DNA of 38,838 nt, from contig NC_068987.1 of the NCBI RefSeq assembly GCF_001194135.2, positions 50,005,461-50,044,298 on the forward strand, given 5' to 3'. Positions within the stretch are counted from its first letter, which is position 1, and every line of letters starts with the position of its first letter. Below, piece by piece: positions 32,795-38,838 of the stretch. The translations under genes were made by a program, and so were the position numbers. Source of the DNA: Octopus bimaculoides. Lineage: Eukaryota. The notes beneath the pieces are model-generated. The model did no database searches and was not told the origin of the DNA. It saw nothing but the letters and a program-made list of their open reading frames with translations.

Positions 32795-33660
32795 AATGTA
32801 CACAATGCTTAGCTGCATTACAACTAATCAAAAAGGGTTAAAGGAGGGGATAAAGGGCAAACATATTAGTCAAGTAAAGAAAGACAATGAAAGCTAGAAA
32901 TATATTCTCAGTACATGTAATAAAACACAAAATTAGAGTAAACTGAACATTTAAAATGTTATAAAGAATAAAGGAGCGTAAGCACATCAGGAGTGGTGTT
33001 GGTGAATTTTAGGAAGCATGGGATTTTTAAAGGATGCACTGTTCAGACAGCTACCAACAAATGTGGATAGTTTATCCGATGCTTCAACAATTCTGAGTGT
33101 GAAAAAATGTTCCTGAAAGTTATGGGTGCTGTGTTGCTTTTTGATTTTAATAGCATGTCCACAAGCACTAGAGATGCTGAATTCAAAAGGGTGGCCAAAA
33201 TTATTGCTAGTGGAAAACCTTGAGGGCTAGACCAAGTCAGCTGTAAAAATATTAAAGCATTAGATTGTTGATGCCCAGAGAAGCAATATATTCAAGATGT
33301 AGTAAGTGAATGACAGAGGGTATTCATTTGGTTGCACATCTCTCGATAGCTTCCAGCAAATCAATATTTTGGACAAGATGGGCATTTCAGACTAGATGTA
33401 TCATAACTATACACAACTTCAAATAGACAGCTGGTGAGCAGCTGGCAAAGGTCTTAATGAGTGATGTTAAGGCACCTTCAGTCTTTTTGATTATTTTAGA
33501 AATATGGTTTGTCAAATTCAGATCATTGTTGAATATATATAAGTCACATTCACAGCACACTCTTTATGGTTACCATTGTGCAAGGAGTAAGTAAATTCCT
33601 GGTTTTTCTCCTAAAGTATATAGCGGTGCACTTGTCTACTGCCAAAGAGCACATAAAAAT
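32795..33660 (-). mobile_element. CR1/L2-like LINE 3' fragment
   Basis: The minus strand reads DLNLTNHISKIIKK...LIKTF...VYLKL...NIDLLEA.ER.ATK*IPS..., typical of the post-RT region of CR1/L2 LINEs, followed by a 3' UTR. Many stops and frameshifts. Confidence 0.7.
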
Positions 33661-33849
33661 ATTACTTATTTTCCAATATGAATTTAATTCATTTATTCAT
33701 TTTCAAATGAAATTTAATGTTTACAGTGTTATGATTACAAAATCACAGACTAGTATCATGCTGGTTACAGTTGACCTTATAACATAAGTAATTGACTTGT
33801 GGTTCTTTGCATGAAAAATTAGTATAAACAGCTCGACTTTCCAAATGCA

Positions 33850-34060
33850 ATGAGATAGTTATAAATGAGTATAATTATCATACAAGCCAGAGTTCCTCAT
33901 TTTCAGTTTTGTGAAAATATGTCTGGTCATAGGGAAGTGCAAATTTGCTTAGAAATAGGTAAGGATTGGCAACAAGATGGATATCCAACCATAGAAAATC
34001 TGTGACAATGAAACCTATTTGACTCATACAAGCATGGAAAAGTGGACATCAAAATGATTA
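33850..34060 (+). mobile_element. F-type tail fragment
   Basis: TCATACAAGC...AGCATGGAAAAGTGGACATCAAAATGAT, similar to 3535-3728. Confidence 0.6.
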
Positions 34061-34625
34061 CACACACATATACATCCTCCTTATCATCATTCAACTTTCA
34101 TGTTTCATCCTGGATGGGTTGGATGGCTTGAAAGGATCTGACAGGTTCAAAGACTACACCATGTTTCAATGGATACTTTGGTATATATATAAAACATAAA
34201 CAAGATTCAGTTGAATAAGGTACTTAAAGTTGAGGCACCTAGTTAGGTTGGAATAAACTGCACACACAACAACAATCTTTAGATGAATATCAGCCTTGGT
34301 ACACAAGTACTGGCAGAATGATATTTGGGTACTGTATGCAGTTAATTTGACCCAACTGAGTATATAATCTGCTTTTGAGCTATTCAGGCATGTACACTTT
34401 ATTAGATATATAGTCCATAACATACTTCAGAAAACATGAGGGGCATGTTTTATGTATATATATATGTGTGTGTGTGTGTGTGCATGTTGTTCTTACAATA
34501 CATCTCAACGCTTCTAAAAGAGAACAAACTTTGTTTGTTTACTTTCATCGTAAAGTTGAATTTAATGTTAGCGTCTTATGAAGCTAAATTTATAAGTTCT
34601 AAAATTGCAGAAGAATTCGTTGCTG

Positions 34626-34697
34626 GGCAGTTTGGTTTAATGGTAAAACACTTGACATGTAATCACAGAGATGTGAGTTCAAGTCTCATGGCTGGCC
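34626..34697 (+). pseudogene. tRNA-like sequence (Thr-TGT-like loop), probably a tRNA pseudogene or SINE head
   Basis: 72 nt. Acceptor stem 6/7 pairs including G-U; D stem GTTT/AAAC; 7-nt loop CATGTAA; T arm GTGAG-TTCAAGT-CTCAT. The anticodon stem has only 3 pairs and position 33 is A, so it is unlikely to be a functional tRNA. Confidence 0.6.
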
Positions 34698-35528
34698 GGC
34701 AACGTATTTTTCTGCAATATATGGATAATTTATCCTGATCAAGCTATTTATAGCATTATCACGCGTTTGAGAAATAAATTTATTTCTGCATCTTACAATA
34801 CATCTCAACTTTGTTTGTTTACTTTCATCGTATATATATATATATATATATATACATGCACACACACACTAACATGTATGTAGCATCTTAGGAATGAGAG
34901 GTGGATGAATCCAGAGTTGTTAAATAACAACAAAATCACCCAGTTCAATATCCTCATGGCAAAAAGCACCATATGAAGCTAATTTCACAACTAGAATAAA
35001 TACATATAGATATGATAATGATGTTGATGATATCTATCTACACACACACATACTACTTTCTTTACCAGACAATCAGACATCCTTACACATCACTAGTCAC
35101 AACATGCTTTTATCCTTCCCTAGTTTGGGAAGCTGATGATAATGGTGATGATGACTATATTTAACAAAACAGAAATGTTTAATATTAATTTATTCATTCA
35201 GAGAGTAGACTCACAATCAATTTATCTTTTGGAGTGTAACTATAGATCAACTGCTGTATTATAGTTAACTGAGAAAGGGGTAAAAGATGAGTGGGTCATG
35301 ACTGGAATAACTTTGATCATAGTTCTGCTCATAAGAGCTGATTTGGGCTAAACAATAACAATTGGTAATTCTGAAACAACAGAGCTACTTATCAGCTAGA
35401 CAGCAGCTAAATCTTTCATTAATGGCATCTTACTGCCTTAGAAAATAATTGACACATTGGATAATGTAGTCTTAAGTACCCTTTGACTGAAAAAGAACTG
35501 GAAGGTCACAGGTGGACTACTCAATCAG

Positions 35529-35975
35529 GGTTAATCCTTTCATAATCATATTTGTCAAAATATGTTGTTTTTGTTTTCAACAAATTTTGAAAATAATAAT
35601 GAATTTAGTAAAATAACATTGTCATTAAGCTGGTGCATGGAACATAAATTAACATGATGGTTGGTTTTAATTTAAATCACTTTAGAGCAGGAAGGGTGGT
35701 CTCAAGCAGATTGGCATCAAATAACTGATAATTTTTATTGAACCCAGAAAGATCTCATTTCAGAATAGAATAACTTAATTGTTATTGAGCTGATGTTTGG
35801 AACAAAAATTAACATGGAATTTTGACAGTGTGTTTTAATTTAGATCACTTTAAAACAGCATGTGTTGATATAAAAAGAGTTAAACAACTGTAATTTTTAT
35901 TAAACCCAGAAGTATCTGAATTCTTTTATTGATTTTATTATTTATAATTTATTAATTATTTTATTAAACCCAGAA
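35529..35975 (+). mobile_element. MITE family C with local partial tandem duplication
   Basis: One near-complete copy (to about 35725), a second 3' half (35775-35885), and three copies of TTTTATTRAACCCAGAA. Confidence 0.6.
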
Positions 35976-35994
35976 GAATAGCAAAGAGTAAAGA

Positions 35995-36306
35995 CCCTCT
36001 TCAGTCATGACTGACCATGGGATTGCATCTAGAAAGTTCTCCCCCAAGGCACATGTCCAGGCATGGTTGTTTATGGAAGACCAGCAGTTGCCCATGCTTA
36101 CCAGCCTCCCCACACCATGCCACCGATGTTATAAAAGGGAAAGGCAAAGGCTGATACAACTGGGCACCAGTGACGTCACATCTCATTTCTACAGCTGAGT
36201 GAACTGGAGCAATTTGAAATTGTCTTCCTCAGGAACACAACACACAGCCCAATTTGGGAATCAAACTCACTACCTCATGATTGTGAGTCTGATGCTCTAA
36301 CCACTG
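35995..36306 (-). mobile_element. tRNA-derived SINE with RTE-like 3' tail
   Basis: Minus strand starts CCAGTGGTTAGAGCATCAGACTCACAATCATGAGGTAGTGAGTTTGATTCCC and ends CCCATGGTCAGTCATGACTGAAGAG. Confidence 0.7.
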
Positions 36307-36914
36307 GTCTCACATGTAATATAGTGAGTTGAGAAAAACTTCGATGACATCCCTTGATGTATTTCTTCTGTAGTGAGTGGTAGATACCCCCTTGTTACTT
36401 TCTGTGATGCACTGAAGTAGTGTTTGGCCTGCTGGAAGCCTGTAACCAATGACACTTGTTTGCTAATTATGGTTTGAATAAAAAAGTAAAATAAGCCATC
36501 ATCTTATCTCTCCTCCATGTACCACTCAACCTACCCATACATACCGTGAGGTAGCACTGCATTTCTTCTTTCTTAATCCATCTTATCGCCCTTCTATCAG
36601 TTTCTATTTTTCTCCCATTAATACTCTGACACAACTTGTTAATTCACACCCTTATCACTAGCACTGCAATCAATAAACAAAAACTCCCTCTGAAAAGGTT
36701 TGAATTTTTAAAAAAAATGAGAAAAACACATGGGAGGCTACTCTGATAGAATCTATCAAACGTAAGCTTCAGAAAATAAATATCCCTTAGTTATTTTCCG
36801 TCAGACCTCTTTTCGAGTAAAATACCGAGAATCTACGTTCTACGGTTTTTGTGAAGTATTGTCAAGTACAAACAAATATCCTTGATATAGTTTTATTGCT
36901 AAATGAGAAAGTAG

Positions 36915-37135
36915 CTGTTATATGATTGCTCAATTTGCTAAACATAGCAGCTAATCTGTCTCTCAAACCACATCCCACCGCCTTACACATTGTCTATAAT
37001 GTAATCCCTATGAGCACACACTGTCCTGGATAAATAAAACAAAAAACAAAACAAAAAAAAACGGATGGTCATGGTAGGAATGTCTTTGATTATATCTCTG
37101 TTCAATCAGGAATGATCTGGGGCTGCTCAACAACT
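36915..37135 (+). mobile_element. Repeat family G (related pieces at 35270-35520 on + and 37560-37650 on -)
   Basis: Shared TAGCAGCTAA(A)TCT, ACACATTG..TAATGTA.TCC and GGTCATG...GGAAT...CTTTGAT...TCTG...GGGCT motifs ending AACAAC. Confidence 0.5.
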
Positions 37136-38009
37136 AGAATATATCCAAGTGAAGAAGACGCACGTCGACGAACCGGTCTGTTAGCATTCCATCCTTTATT
37201 GCGGGGTCACGATAGATCAACATTAATATTTAATACTGGTGCACTGTCTGTTGCGCAGGATAAGAGACTGCATCGTCCCCTTCGCTGCTGTCTCACAAAA
37301 TTCCATGTATTTATCAATCATTCATTACATATGCGCACTGTCGCCAGTTAGGTAAACATGCCGTCACAAAAGAAACATTTGTTATTATCACGGCTTTATA
37401 ATACGAACCAAAACAAACCTTGTCTACACCGTCTTTTCAATGGTGCAGTCAATTTCACAAATCTAACAAATCCCTATATTGTAATTTAGCTCCATATCTA
37501 TATATTAAAGTGGTTCCAACCGTGACTACACCGTCCTCTTTTGTTTTCTTCGAGACTAATATATCTAGACTCTATTTTCCAATGTATCCTTCCTTTTTCA
37601 TTATAGTAGCATGTGATTTTAAGGAAATTTAGCAGCTACTTTTTGCAGAACTGTGTGTATACGTAAATAAACAATGCAAAACAACCCAGATCGGACGAAA
37701 TATGAAGACAGCGAAATACTTACATCATTTGTTTACCCCTTTTCCTTATAAAAATATCACCTATCTCAAATAAAGACTACATAATTGGACTTTATCGTTC
37801 GTTGTTAGTCAATATATATACTTTGTAATTAAATGAGATGTTCATTGCAATCGGCATTAAGAACTCTTCGGTTAAAAGAAGGAAATAATTTATATTTTTT
37901 CGGTGAACACCGAAAACAATCCATGATGGAAAGGAGAATAGAGAAAGAAAATATTTCAACTTAACAATTCAATAGATCTAAGATTACTTCAAATAAGGGT
38001 TTCTGATTT

Positions 38010-38580
38010 AGGTACAAGCTATTTTTAGGGGAAAGGGGGTACATCAAAACGTTGGACTCCAGTGTTTGACCGGTATTTTATTCTGATTCCCAAAAGACGA
38101 AAGGTAAAGTGGACCTCAGCGGGTTTTGAACTCGGAAAGTAAAGAGCTGAAATAAATAGCGCTGCTTTCATGTTATATTTTTTAATGGCTTCAGATTTCG
38201 GTACATGGTTAAGTATTTTGCATGTACATCGATACCATCGACCTCGGTACTTGACTGGTACTTTATTTTATCGACCTCGAAAAGATAAAGCGGGATTTGA
38301 ACTCTGAACAAATACTGCAAGGCAATATTTCCGATACCCTAACAATTCTGCCAGTTTACCGCTTTAAGATTACCTCTAATAAGTTCTACACTTATATTTT
38401 GTTGGAGGAAACAGTCGATTATATCGAACAAGTATTTGACTAGGACTTTATATATCCTGGAAGGATGGAAAGCGAACTTGACTGCGATGGGATTTGAACT
38501 CAGAACTAAAGGAACGTGTCTGAATGCCGCAAGGTATTTAGTGGGCCCTGACCATTCTGCCAATACACCATGTGCAATAA
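38010..38580 (-). mobile_element. Three decayed SINE E copies next to the putative first exon
   Basis: Recurrent CTGGTA(C/T)TT...ATCGACC...GGATTTGAACTC(A/G)GAA at about 38070-38135, 38235-38305 and 38430-38505. Confidence 0.65.
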
Positions 38581-38688
38581 CAATTCTTAACATAGCTACA
38601 AAGTTATAAATTTTGGAAGAGTAGTGTGGTGCGATGGAGGAAGAAGACAACAAGAAGCAAAAGGACAGAATGAAGCGTTGGACCTTAC

Positions 38689-38838
38689 CTTGCCGACCGC
38701 AGCGGGTTACACGATCGCTCCTAATCAGAACACGTCTTTCTCGTAACGTCGCTGTTTTCTCACTGGCCCCACGTCCTAGCCTTCGACCGCGTGTCACCGA
38801 CTTCCGATCTGGCTTCACCTCTGTTTGCCTCACCCCTC
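38689..38838 (-). other. Probable non-coding first exon (runs off the window), most likely of the zinc-finger gene
   Basis: GC/CpG-rich purine-rich segment ending in a strong donor CAAG|gtaagg at 38689/38688 on -. No other coding exon was seen between it and the acceptor at 31143, so linkage to the ZNF is inferred. Confidence 0.6.

Larger units (their letters stand above)
36780..38838. promoter_or_regulatory. CpG-retaining promoter-proximal region
   Basis: CpG dinucleotides are frequent here (e.g. GACGCACGTCGACGAACCGG at about 37157, and many in 38690-38810) but scarce in most of the window. Adjacent to the putative first exon. Confidence 0.55.

Noticed and set aside
37111-37350. Plus-strand CAG|...|GTAAAC interval as an antisense exon
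   Set aside because: Weak splice signals, overlap with repeat family G, and the ORF has no recognisable features.
38339-38833. 164-aa ORF on - as a possible coding first exon
   Set aside because: It starts at a non-ATG codon, reads through the strong donor at 38688 into SINE E sequence and has no recognisable domain.
1-38838. CRISPR arrays, rRNA genes, operons or other prokaryotic systems
   Set aside because: The sequence is spliced eukaryotic DNA, and no regularly spaced repeat-spacer array or rRNA-like segment was seen.

Overview
AT-rich, microsatellite- and transposon-dense eukaryotic DNA, most likely an octopus (coleoid cephalopod) scaffold. The species is inferred from the repeat families, the (AT)n load and the effector-less poly-C2H2 gene, and was not confirmed by a search. 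Two convergent protein genes are supported. (1) On +, the last two coding exons of an eIF4E-binding protein gene (4E-BP/Thor): 3052-3219 carries YDRAFLL, SP/SPP phospho-sites and IPGIT; 10362-10399 carries the C-terminal TOS motif FQMDI. Exon 1 lies upstream of the window, and a TE-poor stretch of about 7.6 kb that follows looks like a very long 3' UTR. (2) On -, a single-coding-exon protein with 21 C2H2 fingers (29005-30906), whose probable non-coding first exon and CpG-rich promoter region sit at the right edge. The rest is decayed mobile DNA: three mariner relics, TTAA-flanked piggyBac-like MITEs, a TA-flanked Tc1-like MITE, several tRNA-derived SINE families, and fragments of Penelope-like, R4/Dong, CR1/L2-like and RTE-like retroelements. 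The best leads are a four-site miR-29 target cluster and a 74-bp-arm hairpin in the putative 4E-BP 3' UTR, a Pol III-promoter plus hammerhead-core (retrozyme-like) element in 4E-BP intron 2, and a tRNA-like cloverleaf on a long stem between direct repeats in the zinc-finger intron. Repeat family labels (A, B, C, D, E, F, G) are my own working names. All alignments were done by eye.
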